Origin: an uncultured Acidobacteriota bacterium | GTDB taxonomy: Bacteria; Acidobacteriota; Thermoanaerobaculia; UBA5066; DATFVB01 | Direction: 5' to 3' | DNA: 64,000 nucleotides | Assembly: GCA_963813155.1 (NCBI GenBank) | Contig: CAWEYG010000003.1 | Coordinates: 576,001 to 640,000, forward strand | Part shown: positions 19,191-29,645 of the stretch, piece by piece | How the letters are laid out: every line of letters starts with the position of its first letter | How positions within the stretch are numbered: position 1 is the stretch's first letter | Position numbers and translations under genes: made by a program | The notes under the pieces: generated by a model | The model's database searches: none | Told to the model about the DNA's origin: nothing | Seen by the model: only the letters and a program-made list of their open reading frames with translations

Positions 19191-20050
19191 CGGCGTCCCC
19201 GAGAAGACGGATCTCCCGCTGGGGAAACGGCATCGGAACGCCGGCCGCGTCGAGAGCGCCCTTGACTCTCTCCAGATACTCGGCGCGCAGGGCGGCGCGC
19301 GCGGAGGGATCCCGGGCCCAGAGGTGAAGCTCCAGGTTGACGGCGGAGTCCGCCAGCTCGGAGACGATGACCGTCGGAGCCGGGCGCTCGAGCAGGCGGT
19401 CGTCTCCCCTTCGTCGTCTGGAGCAGCGCGAACCGCGCCTTGCGCAGGTCCGACGCGTAGGCCACGCCGACGGGAACGCGGACCCGCATCTTCGGCGTCC
19501 GGCTGTAATTCGTGATCCTCTTGTTGACGACGTCGCTGTTCGGAAGGATCACGTCGTTGCCGTCGGGCGTCTCGAGTTTCGTCGAGCGAAGCTCGATGTG
19601 CCGCACGAACCCGGGGGTGTCTCCGATCTCGACGTCGTCGCCCAGCTCGAAGGGACGGTCCCAGAGGATGATCAACCCGGAGATGAAGTTCGCCATCGTC
19701 TCTTTGGCCGCGAGGCCGACCGCGAGACCGGCGACGCCGAGGCCCGCCAGCATCGACACCACGTTGAAGCCGAGCTGGGCCGCCGCCATGAGGAGTCCGA
19801 GACCGAGAACGACGTACTTGACGAGCTTGAAGAGGATGTCGGCCGCGAGGAGATTCGCCCGCGCCTTCAGCGACCGGCTCAGAATCCCCCGGGCCGCGCG
19901 GTGAAGGCCCCAGAAGACGAGGAGGATCAGGACGGCGGCGACGAGCCTCGGCAGAAAGTCGGCAAGCTTGACGGCGAACGCCCGGATGAAAGCGTCGACC
20001 TTGTCGTCCCACTGCGAGACGGGCGCGAGAATTCCCCGGTCAACCTTCAA
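19183..20050 (-). CDS. MscS family mechanosensitive channel (frameshift near 19400)
   Basis: GLAVGLAAKETMANFISG, PFELGD, LPNS, VGVAY; C-terminus FPQREI in a shifted frame. Confidence 0.88.
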
Positions 20051-20147
20051 GGGACGCGATTATACGGGAGCAATATCTTTCACGGATGGAAAGAAATAAA
20101 CTGAAATCCGGGCTTGTTGGAGAAACCGAGTTGAGGAGAGGTGTGAT

Positions 20148-20645
20148 GTGGGAAGGAAACTGAGGGTCGTTCTCGGCGCTCTCGCGCTGTCCCTTGCCGC
20201 CGGCGCTTTCGCCGCGGAGACCTTCCCCGACCTGGACCTCCAGGGCAAGGACGGCGAGGGCATCCGGCTCTCGCAGCTGCGCGGCAACGTCGTCTTCCTG
20301 AACTTCTGGGCGACCTGGTGCGGGCCGTGCCGCATGGAGCTTCCCCTCCTGCAGGACCTCTACAACAGGTACAGCGACCGCAATTTCACCGTTCTCGCGA
20401 TCGACGTGGACAGCGACCGAAGCCGGGTGGATCCCTTCCTCAAGAAGAACAACCTCTCTCTTCCAATCTACTTCGCGAGCCCCCTCGACGCGTCGACGAT
20501 GACGGCCAACGGGATTCCGACGAGCATCATCCTCAAGCCGTCGGGTGAAGTGGAGAAGGCGTTCATCGGGTTCGATCCCGAGATCGAAAAGCAATGGATC
20601 GAGCACATCGAAAAATATCTGAAGAAAAAGAGGACGGGAAAATGA
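20148..20645 (+). CDS. TlpA-family thiol-disulfide oxidoreductase
   Basis: NFWATWCGPCRMELP, GIPTS, signal peptide. Confidence 0.93.
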   Translation: MGRKLRVVLGALALSLAAGAFAAETFPDLDLQGKDGEGIRLSQLRGNVVFLNFWATWCGPCRMELPLLQDLYNRYSDRNFTVLAIDVDSDRSRVDPFLKKNNLSLPIYFASPLDASTMTANGIPTSIILKPSGEVEKAFIGFDPEIEKQWIEHIEKYLKKKRTGK

Positions 20646-21295
20646 GCATGAGAACGAAACTCCTGACACTCGCCCTCCTCGCCCTCGCGCCGATTTTCAC
20701 GGCGGGCCGGGCGGAGGCGCAAATCCGGACGAACACCGTGGAGATCAACCCCTTCTTCGGCCGATTCTTCGGCGGCGAATTCGCGCGGGGCTCGAACTCC
20801 CTGTTCAACGAGAAAGTCGACGTCGACGACGCGAACACCTGGGGCCTGCGGGTCGGGTACAACGCGACCGAGATGTTCGAGTTCGAAATCCAGGGTTCGC
20901 GCACCGATACCCACTTTATTTCGCACGAATCCGGCGACGTCTTCGGTTCCGGCGGCGAGCGCCTCGGCGACCTGAGGGTCGACTACCTGCTCGGGTACGG
21001 GACCTTCAACTTCGGGCACCGCCGCGTGCTGCCCTACGTCACGATCGGCGCGGGAGTCGGCAGGCTCCAACCGTCCGACACGGCGCTCCCGGCCCACGAC
21101 AGCACGCGTTTCACGGGCAGCCTCGGCGCCGGCCTCAAGTTCTTCGCGACCCCCCACTTCGGATTCCGGATCGACGGCCGCGGATACAGCACCTACCTCA
21201 ATCGCGACGACACGTGCCGGCACGACGACCGCTGCGACGACCGCCACTACCTGACCAATGGAGAGGTCTCCGGAGGCCTGATTCTTTCGTTCTGA
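20642..21295 (+). CDS. Outer membrane beta-barrel protein
   Basis: Signal peptide, PYVTIGAGVG, alternating strands, C-terminal Phe. Confidence 0.85.
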   Translation: MSMRTKLLTLALLALAPIFTAGRAEAQIRTNTVEINPFFGRFFGGEFARGSNSLFNEKVDVDDANTWGLRVGYNATEMFEFEIQGSRTDTHFISHESGDVFGSGGERLGDLRVDYLLGYGTFNFGHRRVLPYVTIGAGVGRLQPSDTALPAHDSTRFTGSLGAGLKFFATPHFGFRIDGRGYSTYLNRDDTCRHDDRCDDRHYLTNGEVSGGLILSF

Positions 21296-21330
21296 TCCGG
21301 CGGAACGGATAGAATGCCGGCGGAGAGCAA

Positions 21331-23018
21331 TTGAAAAACGCAAAGATTTTCTTCGGGCTTCTCCTCCTGTCGGCCTCCGCACGGGCCCAGAAAAACCCGC
21401 GACGAAGCCGGGAGAGCTCGCGCCCCTGTCGGAGAACGTGACGGTCGCGGTCACGAACCTCGAAGTCGTCGTCACCGATTCGAAGGGAAACCGCGCGCCC
21501 GGCCTGAAGAAAGAGGACTTCCAGCTGTTCGAGGACAGCGTCCCGCAGCCGCTCACGAACTTCTACGCGGTCTCCGGCGGCCGGACGATCCTGTCCGACG
21601 GCAGCGAGGTCTCCCTTTCCCAGGAGTCCACCAAACCGTCCGAGGAAATCCCCTCGAACCTGAAGACGAAATACATCATCTACGTCGACAACCTCAACAT
21701 CCACCCCCTCCACCGGACCCGGATCTTCAAGACCGTCCTGTCCTTCGTGGACAAGGCGATCGGGCCGAACGCCGAGGGAATGGTCGTGACCTTCAACCGA
21801 TCGCTCAAGGTGCGCCAGAAATTCACTTCCGACAAGGGAATCGTGACGGGCGCGCTCGAGTCGATCATGGGGGACTCCGGCGGAGGCACGACGCTCGTGT
21901 CGGATCGCATGGACGCGCTTCAGAAGATCCAGGACGCGAAGTCTCCGGGCGAGGCGATCGAGATGGCGAAGATGTCGGCCCGCTCCATGGACGACGACCT
22001 GCGCTACACGATCGACGGCCTCAAGAACACGCTGAGTTTGCTCGCGGGGGTCGAAGGACGAAAGGTCCTCATCTACATCTCCGACGGCCTGCCGCAGACC
22101 GTCGGAGAGGAGCTGTTCGACACGATTCAGACGAGGTTCCAGACGTCCGCCGCGGCGATGGAGAGCTTCACCTTCGACCGCACGGCCTCCTATGCCACGA
22201 TCGTGCGCGAAGCCAACGCCCAGGGGGTGACGCTCTACATGATCGACGCCTCGGGGCTGAAGATCGAGGAAGGCGTCAGCGCGGAATACGGCACGGCGCA
22301 GGCCCGTCCCTCGGGGTTCGTGCTCCAGCAGAACTACCAGGCCCCGCTCCAGATGCTCGCCCGGGAGACCGGCGGCATCGCGGCGGTCAACACGAACAAC
22401 GCGGAACACGAATTCGACGAGATCGCGCGCGATTTCTCCGACTTCTACTCGCTCGGCTACCGGTCGACCCGGGGCGCGGTCGACCGCCCCCATTCTCTCG
22501 AAGTGAAGATCCTGAATCACCCCGGCCTCAAGGCGCGCTACCGCTCGGGATACCTCGAGAAGACGGTCGAGACCCGGACCGCGGAATCCGTCACCGCCGC
22601 GCTTTACTACCCGCGAACCGACAACCCGCTGCAGTTCGCGGTTTCCGTGGGCGACCCGAAGCCGTACTCCACCGAGAACTACCTGGTTCCGGTGCGGATG
22701 TCGATTCCGCTGCAGAACGTCACCCTGATTCCCGAGGGCGAGTCCTACCGCGGCCGCCTGTACGTCTATTTCGTCGTGCTCGATTCCCAGGGCCAGCAGT
22801 CGGATCTTCAGATCCGGCCGCTCGAAATCAAGGTCGAAGGCAAGAAGTACGAATCGGCGCGAAAGAAAGACTACGGCTACGACGTGCAGCTGATCATGAT
22901 CCCGGGCGCGCAAAAGCTCTCCGTCGCCGTCCGCGACGGCGTTTCGAATTCCGTCTCTTACTCCCAGAAGGGAGTCTTCGTCTCCGTTCTCCCCGTCGAG
23001 AAGAAAAAGAGCTCGTGA
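21331..23018 (+). CDS. VWA domain-containing protein (Acidobacteria type); probable frameshift just after the signal peptide
   Basis: VVVTDSKG..PGLKKEDFQLFED, GRKVLIYISDG, LARETGG, YSLGY; signal peptide MKNAKIFFGLLLLSASARA from TTG 21331 in another frame. Confidence 0.85.
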
Positions 23019-23031
23019 GCCGGATCCCGAG

Positions 23032-23736
23032 TTGAAGCCGACCGCGCTCGTTCTTTTCGGCAAGGTCCCGTTGCCGGGGAGAGTCAAGACGCGGCTCGCC
23101 GGCTCGATCGGCCCCGAAAACGCGGCGCTCCTCTCCGAATCGTTCCTCCGCGACGCCTCCCGCGGCTGCGCTTCTCTCGCGGCGGGCCGCTCCCCGGGAG
23201 AGTTCGCGCCCGTCCTCGCCGCGGAACCCCCGCGTCACCCTTTCTGGGCCGGCGCGTTCCCCGCTCCCTGGCGCATCGAGCCGCAGGGAGAAGGCGATCT
23301 CGGGCGGCGTCTCGCGAGAGCGTTCGAACGCGAATTCGAGAGGTACGAGAGGGTCGCCGTTCTCGGCTCCGACCACCCGGCCCTGCCGCTGGCCGAGCTC
23401 GGCCGTTTTCTCGATTCCCCGAGCGCGATCTGGCCGACGCGCGACGGCGGGTACGCCGCCCTGATCCTGGAGAGAAGCCCGGGCGTCGCCGGCCTCTTCG
23501 AGAACGTGGAATGGTCGACACCGTCCGTGCTCGAGCAGACGCTCGAGCGGGCGCGGCGGAATTCGATCGAGCTGGAGATTTTTCCCGAGACCTACGACAT
23601 CGATCGCGAAGCCGACCTCGAAACGCTGGCCCGGGACCTCGAGGAGCGCGATCCGGCAGAGCCCGGATTCCCGCGGGCGACGTGGGAGGCGCTCGGCGCG
23701 CTTCGGCCGCGAAGAGCCGGCGCTCGCGCGACGTGA
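23032..23736 (+). CDS. DUF2064 / TIGR04282-like glycosyltransferase family protein
   Basis: KVPLPGRVKTRL, QGEGDLG, GSDHP, DGGY, WST, DID..DL. Confidence 0.88.
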   Translation: MKPTALVLFGKVPLPGRVKTRLAGSIGPENAALLSESFLRDASRGCASLAAGRSPGEFAPVLAAEPPRHPFWAGAFPAPWRIEPQGEGDLGRRLARAFEREFERYERVAVLGSDHPALPLAELGRFLDSPSAIWPTRDGGYAALILERSPGVAGLFENVEWSTPSVLEQTLERARRNSIELEIFPETYDIDREADLETLARDLEERDPAEPGFPRATWEALGALRPRRAGARAT

Positions 23737-25269
23737 GAATCCTCACTTCGGCCGAAATGTCCGCCGTCGACCGGGCGGCCCAGAAGAGGGAGAAGATTCC
23801 CTCGCTGCTCCTCATGGAGCGGGCCGCCGAGGGAGTGGCGGATCTGGTTCGGGCCCGCTTTCCCGGCTCGAAACGAATTGCCGTCGTGTGCGGGCCCGGG
23901 AACAACGGAGGGGACGGCCTTGCCGTCGCCCGCCTGCTCGCGGGGTCCCGGGTCTCCCCGAGAATCTTTCTCCTCGGGGCCGCCGGACGCCTTCGGGGCG
24001 ACCCGGCACGGAACCTCTCCCGGGCGGAAGCGGCGGGCCTCGTTCCGGTGGACCTGACGTCGAAGCCGGGCTGGAACGATTTTCGCTCTGCGGTGTCTTC
24101 CATGGACGTGATCGTGGACGCTCTCTTCGGAACCGGGCTCTCCCGCCCCCTGACCGGCGTCGCGCGGAGGACCGTCGAGGCGATCAACGCCTCCGCGCGG
24201 CCCGTCGTCGCGGTCGACGTCCCGTCGGGGCTCTCCGGGGATTCCGGGAATCCTCCCGGGCCGGCGGTCCGGGCCGACTGGACGGCGGCGATCGCGGCCC
24301 TGAAGCGCTGCCACGTGCTCTTCCCCGCGCGGAGCCGCTGCGGCGAAATCGCGATCGTCGACATCGGCATCCCGGACGAGCTGATCGAGACGAAAGGGCA
24401 CCGCTTTGCGGTCGTTTCGGAGGAGGCCATCGCCCCGCTCTTCGCGAAGCGAGCCGAAGACGCGAACAAGGGGAATTTCGGGCACGTCGCCGTCGTCGCG
24501 GGAAGCCGGGGAAAGTCCGGAGCGGCGCTCCTCTGCGCCCTCGGGGCGCTGCGCGCCGGAGCGGGCCTCGTGACGATCGCGTGCCCCGAGTCGGTCGAGC
24601 CGCGGTTCGCCTCCGCCCTGCCCGAGGCGATGACGCTGCCGCTTCCCGAGGAGTCGGGCGCCCTCTCGGCCCGCGCCGAGGCGCCGCTCCTCGCCTTCCT
24701 GGAGAAGTGCGACGCGGCGGCCGTCGGGCCGGGGCTCGGGACGGCGGCCGGGACGGTCCGCCTCCTCTCGTCCGTGGTGACTCGAGCCCGGATTCCGATT
24801 CTGTTCGACGCCGACGCCCTGAACGCCTTTTCGGGACGGCCCGAGGTCTTTCGCCGCCGAAAGGCCGCGACGATCCTGACTCCGCATCCCGGAGAGGCCG
24901 CCCGCCTCCTTTCGAAATCGACCTCGGAGATTCAGCGATCCCGTCCGGAGAGCGCCGCCGAGCTGGCCCGGCGGTCGGGCTCGGTCGCCGTTCTCAAGGG
25001 CGCGGGCTCTCTCACGGCCGACCGCGTCCGGGAGAGTCTGGTGGAACCCCACGGGCACGCCGGCGCTCGCCGCCGGGGGCTCGGGCGACGTCCTGTCCGG
25101 CATCGGGGCTTCGCTGCTCGCCCAGGGCTTCGAAGCCGACGATGCGGCCGTGGCCGCGGTCTTCGTGCACGGCCTCGCGGGCGAGCGCGCGGCGGCCGGC
25201 GCGGACCGGGGAATCCTTGCATCCGAAGTCGCGGCGGCAATTCCCCGCGTCCTGGAATCGTTCGGATAG
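23733..25269 (+). CDS. nnr: Bifunctional NAD(P)H-hydrate epimerase/dehydratase (frameshift near 25030)
   Basis: CGPGNNGGDG, DALFGTG, DVPSG, GPGLG, DADAL, TPHPGE, then GGSGDVLSG in a shifted frame. Confidence 0.93.
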
Positions 25270-25284
25270 ACTGCCGGAAAATCG

Positions 25285-25728
25285 ATGGAATTCCCGCTTG
25301 AAGTCGAATCGACCCGCGAGGATCAGACCCGGAGCATCGGAAGGCTCCTGGCGTCCGAGCTGCGCGAAAACGACGTCGTGGCCCTCTCGGGCGAGCTCGG
25401 AGCGGGCAAAACGGTCTTCGTTCGAGGGCTCGCCGAGGGGCTCGGGGCCGATCCCGTGGATGTCGCCTCGCCGACGTTCGCCCTGTTGCACGAATACGAG
25501 TGCCGCGCCGGAACTCCCTCGCTCGTCCACCTCGACCTCTACCGCCTTCCGGATCGCGAGGAAGAGCTTCGCGAGATCGGCCTGCCCGAGGTCGTTTCGG
25601 GAAAGATCACGGCAGTGGAGTGGCCGAATTCCTCGAGCGAAGCGATCCTCCGCGTCCGATACCGCGTTCGACTCGAATCGGGGCCGGGCGACTCGAGGCG
25701 GATCCGCCTCGAACGGGGACCGCAATAA
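25285..25728 (+). CDS. tsaE: tRNA threonylcarbamoyladenosine biosynthesis ATPase
   Basis: GELGAGKT, SPTF, HLDLYRL, VEW. Confidence 0.95.
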   Translation: MEFPLEVESTREDQTRSIGRLLASELRENDVVALSGELGAGKTVFVRGLAEGLGADPVDVASPTFALLHEYECRAGTPSLVHLDLYRLPDREEELREIGLPEVVSGKITAVEWPNSSSEAILRVRYRVRLESGPGDSRRIRLERGPQ

Positions 25729-25730
25729 TT

Positions 25731-26312
25731 ATGGCAGGCCTGCGGCGATCGTTTCTGGCCGGAATCCTGACTCTGGTCCCGCTGATCGTCACGTTCTGGG
25801 TGTTTCGCTTTCTGTTCAACTTCTTCGATGGATTGCTCGCCCCCCTGGCCGACCGGACTTTCGAGCGGCACGTGCCGGGGCTGGGGCTGGTCTTCTCCCT
25901 GTTGCTGGTCCTGTCGGTCGGAGCGATCGCTTCGAACATGGTTGGCAAAAAAATTCTTGCTTACGTCTCGAAAATTCTGGAGAATACGCCGCTGGTCAAG
26001 ACTGTTTATTCCGCGGCGAAGCAGATGGTTTCGGCGCTCTCCCCGGCCGGCGGGGGGTTGAAAAGGGTGGTCCTGATTGAGTATCCCCGAAAGGGGATCT
26101 ACTCAATAGGATTCTTGACTTCCCGGGCCGGGTGGCACATTCCTGCCGGCCAGGGACGAAAGTGGGTGTCGGTCCTCATTCCGGCCGCGCTCAACCCCAC
26201 CAGCGGAATGGTGGTGGTCGTACCGGAGGAGGAATTGCTGGACCCTGGCTTCTCGGTCGAAGAAGGCGTTAAACTAGTGGTTTCCGGGGGCTTCGTCGCC
26301 CCGGAGCCGTAG
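25731..26312 (+). CDS. DUF502 domain membrane protein
   Basis: FLAGILTLVP, VVLIEYPRKG, NPTSG, VKLVVSGG. Confidence 0.9.
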   Translation: MAGLRRSFLAGILTLVPLIVTFWVFRFLFNFFDGLLAPLADRTFERHVPGLGLVFSLLLVLSVGAIASNMVGKKILAYVSKILENTPLVKTVYSAAKQMVSALSPAGGGLKRVVLIEYPRKGIYSIGFLTSRAGWHIPAGQGRKWVSVLIPAALNPTSGMVVVVPEEELLDPGFSVEEGVKLVVSGGFVAPEP

Positions 26313-26331
26313 CAGCAGGAGCGAGTCGCGA

Positions 26332-27201
26332 ATGAAATTCAACTCAGCGAAGAGTCGGTGGGCCGGAAAGTCGCTTCTCTCGTCGGTTCTCCTCGCCTCC
26401 CTCCTGGCCTCGGCCGGATGCAACAAGTTCCAGTCGCGCGCGGAAATCCGCCAGGGCAACGAGTTCTTCCGGGTCGGCCGGTACGACACGGCTCTCGCGA
26501 AGTACAACACGGCCCTTCAGCTCGATCCGGGCGAAAAGAAGCTCTACAAGAACATCGGCCTCGCCTACATGGGTCTGTACCAGCCGGGCTCGAAGCACCC
26601 GAAGGACCTGGAATACTCGCAGCGGGCGATCGACTTCCTGAAGAAGTACGTCGACGCGTTCCCGAAGGACAAGAAGGCTCCGGAATTCCTCGTCACCATG
26701 TACCTCAATTCGGGCCGGCTCGACGACGCGCTCGGTTTCTTCCAGGACTACAGCCAGAAGCATCCCCAGGACACGAAGGCGATGGAGACGATGGCGAACC
26801 TGTACTTCCAGAAAGCCGATTTTCCCCACGGCGTCGAGATGATGGAAAACGCCATGAAGATCACCGGGCCGAAGAAGGAAACCTACGAGACGATCGGCGC
26901 GCAGGCGTGGGACAAGGCTCACAACTATCCGGATCTGACCGACGAGCAGCGGCAGGCGGTCGTGACGCAGGGGATCGAGGCGATGAACAAATCGCTCGCG
27001 ATGGACCCGAACTACACGGAAGCCCTCGCGTTCATCAACCTCCTGTACCGGGAACAGGCGAAGATCGACCAGAAGACCGATCCGAAGAAGGCCGAGGAAG
27101 ACCTTGCGAAGGCGGACGAGTACCGCAACAAGGCGATTGAGCTCCAGAAGCAGAAGCAATCTCAGGCCACAGCGGAAAAACAGGCGGGCGTGGGGAAATA
27201 G
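26332..27201 (+). CDS. TPR lipoprotein
   Basis: Lipobox-like ASAGC, tandem TPR-like helices. Confidence 0.85.
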   Translation: MKFNSAKSRWAGKSLLSSVLLASLLASAGCNKFQSRAEIRQGNEFFRVGRYDTALAKYNTALQLDPGEKKLYKNIGLAYMGLYQPGSKHPKDLEYSQRAIDFLKKYVDAFPKDKKAPEFLVTMYLNSGRLDDALGFFQDYSQKHPQDTKAMETMANLYFQKADFPHGVEMMENAMKITGPKKETYETIGAQAWDKAHNYPDLTDEQRQAVVTQGIEAMNKSLAMDPNYTEALAFINLLYREQAKIDQKTDPKKAEEDLAKADEYRNKAIELQKQKQSQATAEKQAGVGK

Positions 27202-27203
27202 CG

Positions 27204-27932
27204 ATGTTTGAAAAGCAGCTGATCGAATCCGTCCATCGAAAGGGCACCGGCAAGAAGCCCCTGACCTTCGTGATTTCCCTGATCGTGCACGGCCTCGTCA
27301 TCGGATCGCTGGTTGCCGCATCGCTCTGGTTCGTCGAGGAAGTCCCGGAACCGCCGATTCCGATTCAGTTCTATGCGGCGGCTCCCCCGCCTCCTCCTCC
27401 CCCGCCGCCGGCCGCGAAGGCCGCCCCTCAGAAGACTCCGCCGAAAGTGACCCCCGTGAAACCGACCCAGGTCACGGCGCCGACGGTCATCCCCGACATC
27501 ATTCCGCTGCCCCTGCCGAAACCCGAGCCGGAGGCTCCGCCGTCGGAAGGCGTGGAGGGCGGCGTGGAGGGCGGCGTGCCGGGCGGAGTCGTCGGCGGCG
27601 TCATTGGCGGCGTCAAAGGGGGAACGGGGAGCGATCTCGGCGCGCCGCTCCGGATCGGCGGCGACGTGAAAGCCCCCATCCTGAAGGAGCGCATCGAGCC
27701 GGTCTATCCGGAAGCCGCCCGGAAAGCTCGCATGCAGGGCGTCGTCATCCTGGAGGCGATCATCACGGCGGACGGAAACGTCGCGGACGTGAAGGTCCTG
27801 AAATCGATCAACCCGCTCCTGGATTCCGCCGCCGAACGGGCGGTTTCCCGATGGCTGTACAGGCCGGCGACCTTGAACGGCCGGGCGGTCTCGGTTTATC
27901 TCACCGTGACGGTCAACTTCCAACTGCATTGA
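27204..27932 (+). CDS. tonB: Energy transducer TonB
   Basis: TM helix with SLIVH, Pro-rich linker, GGVEGGVPGGV, PVYPEAARKARMQGVV. Confidence 0.93.
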   Translation: MFEKQLIESVHRKGTGKKPLTFVISLIVHGLVIGSLVAASLWFVEEVPEPPIPIQFYAAAPPPPPPPPPAAKAAPQKTPPKVTPVKPTQVTAPTVIPDIIPLPLPKPEPEAPPSEGVEGGVEGGVPGGVVGGVIGGVKGGTGSDLGAPLRIGGDVKAPILKERIEPVYPEAARKARMQGVVILEAIITADGNVADVKVLKSINPLLDSAAERAVSRWLYRPATLNGRAVSVYLTVTVNFQLH

Positions 27933-27978
27933 CCTTTGCGCGTTTGAACTTAATAAGGATGAGGAGGAATTAGCAATC

Positions 27979-28656
27979 ATGTTGGAAATTTGGAACTCAA
28001 TGAGCTGGATTGCCCGGTCCGTGGTCATCATTCTCGCCCTGCTTTCCGTCTACTCCATCACCGTCATGATCGAGCGGCTGGTCACCTTTGCGAAGGCGAA
28101 AAAACAGTCCCTCCTCTTCGCCCGCCAGGTCACGGCGTTCCTGAAGCAGGACAACATCGCCGGCGCGATCGCGGAATCCAAGAAATACAAGGACAGCCAC
28201 CTCGCGCGCGTCGTCTCGGCGGGACTCTACGAGTTCCAGTACGAGGTTCAGTCCGGAGCGCTGGACGCCCCCGGCCACGACATGGTCGAAGCGGCCAAGC
28301 GGGCCGTCGAGCGGGAAGCTCTCATGGTCACGGCGGACTTCAAGCGCGGAATCGGCGGCCTCGCGACGATCGCGACGACCGCGCCTTTCATCGGACTGTT
28401 CGGAACGGTCATCGGCATCATTCACTCCTTCGAGGGCATCTCGAAGGGCGGCGGCGGCAACCTCGCGAGCGTCTCCGGAGGTATCGCCGAAGCGCTCTGG
28501 ACGACCGCGGCGGGTCTGTTCGTGGCCATCCCGGCCGTCTGGATGTTCAACTTCTTCATGAACAAGATCGAGCGTTTCCAGGTGGAAATGTCGAACTCGG
28601 CTTCTGAATTGCTCGATTACTTCGTCAAGCGGAAGGGCGCCGCCCGGGCGTCCTGA
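27979..28656 (+). CDS. exbB: MotA/TolQ/ExbB proton channel protein
   Basis: APFIGLFGTVIGI, GIAEALWTTAAGL. Confidence 0.93.
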   Translation: MLEIWNSMSWIARSVVIILALLSVYSITVMIERLVTFAKAKKQSLLFARQVTAFLKQDNIAGAIAESKKYKDSHLARVVSAGLYEFQYEVQSGALDAPGHDMVEAAKRAVEREALMVTADFKRGIGGLATIATTAPFIGLFGTVIGIIHSFEGISKGGGGNLASVSGGIAEALWTTAAGLFVAIPAVWMFNFFMNKIERFQVEMSNSASELLDYFVKRKGAARAS

Positions 28657-28679
28657 TCGCGAGTCCAAGGGAGGTCGAA

Positions 28680-29102
28680 ATGGACTTAGGCGCAGACAAG
28701 GGGAACATCCGAAGCGAGATCAACGTCACGCCGCTCGTGGACGTCTGCCTCGTGCTCCTCATCATCTTCATGGTCGTTACCCCCATGCTCGGCACGGGCG
28801 ACATCAGCCTTCCCCGAACGAGCCAGCCGTCCAAGAAACCGGAAGACCAGAAGCAGCTGGTCCTGACCATCAAGTACGCCAATCCTCCGATGTACGGCGT
28901 CGCCGAGAATCAATATTCCCGCGCCGACTTCGAGAAGGCCGTCGACGAGGCCTACCAGCGAAACTCGACGCGACCCGTCGTGATCAAGGCCGACTCCCGG
29001 CTCACATGGAAAGACGTGCGAGACGCGATGCGGGTCGCGAAAGATGCCGGCTTCGACAACGTCGGCCTCATCACGGACAAAAAGCAAAAGGGCGCCTCGT
29101 AG
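28680..29102 (+). CDS. exbD: ExbD/TolR family protein
   Basis: EINVTPLVDVCLVLLIIFMV, IKAD. Confidence 0.93.
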   Translation: MDLGADKGNIRSEINVTPLVDVCLVLLIIFMVVTPMLGTGDISLPRTSQPSKKPEDQKQLVLTIKYANPPMYGVAENQYSRADFEKAVDEAYQRNSTRPVVIKADSRLTWKDVRDAMRVAKDAGFDNVGLITDKKQKGAS

Positions 29103-29132
29103 GCGCACGCTCACTCGGAGGGAGAACCGCAT

Positions 29133-29573
29133 ATGGAAATGGGAAAAGTCGGCGCCGTTCGCAGCGAGATCAACGTCACTCCGCTCGTGGACGTTTGTCT
29201 CGTGCTTCTCATCATCTTCATCGTCATCCAGCCGATGACGCAGATGGGCTACGACACCAACATTCCCCCGAAAGCCCCTCCGACGGAGACTCCCCAGCAG
29301 CCGCCCCCGGACCAGCTCGTGGTGTCTTACACGGCGGACAGAAAGATTTTCCTGAACAAGCAGGAAATGAGCCAGCAGGCGCTCGTCACCCAGCTGGGCC
29401 AGATCCTGGAGAACCGCCACGACAAGGTCGTGTTCTTCTCGGTCGACGACCACGCCAATTACGGCGAAACGATGAACGTCATGGACGCCGTCCGCAACGC
29501 CGGGGGCTACAAAGAAAGCGCGTCGGAGGGCGTCAAGATCGGGATCGTGATGGAGCCGGTGCCCGTTCGCTGA
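29133..29573 (+). CDS. exbD: ExbD/TolR family protein (second copy)
   Basis: EINVTPLVDVCLVLLIIFIV. Confidence 0.92.
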   Translation: MEMGKVGAVRSEINVTPLVDVCLVLLIIFIVIQPMTQMGYDTNIPPKAPPTETPQQPPPDQLVVSYTADRKIFLNKQEMSQQALVTQLGQILENRHDKVVFFSVDDHANYGETMNVMDAVRNAGGYKESASEGVKIGIVMEPVPVR

Positions 29574-29597
29574 GAACCGCGACGGAATCCCGCGAGG

Positions 29598-29628
29598 TAA
29601 GGGCCCGCTCCAGCGGGCCTTCATTTTG
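29598..29628 (+). terminator. Possible intrinsic terminator
   Basis: GGCCCGCT-CC-AGCGGGCC stem followed by TTCATTTT. Confidence 0.5.
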
Positions 29629-29645
29629 AGAAGGATGGAAACAGC

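Noticed and set aside
18168-20012. 614-aa ORF extending the asparaginase
   Set aside because: The N-terminal part is an off-frame reading of mscS; the asparaginase starts near 19190
27540-27625. GGCGTGGAGGGC tandem repeat
   Set aside because: Encodes the ordinary GGVEGGV linker of TonB
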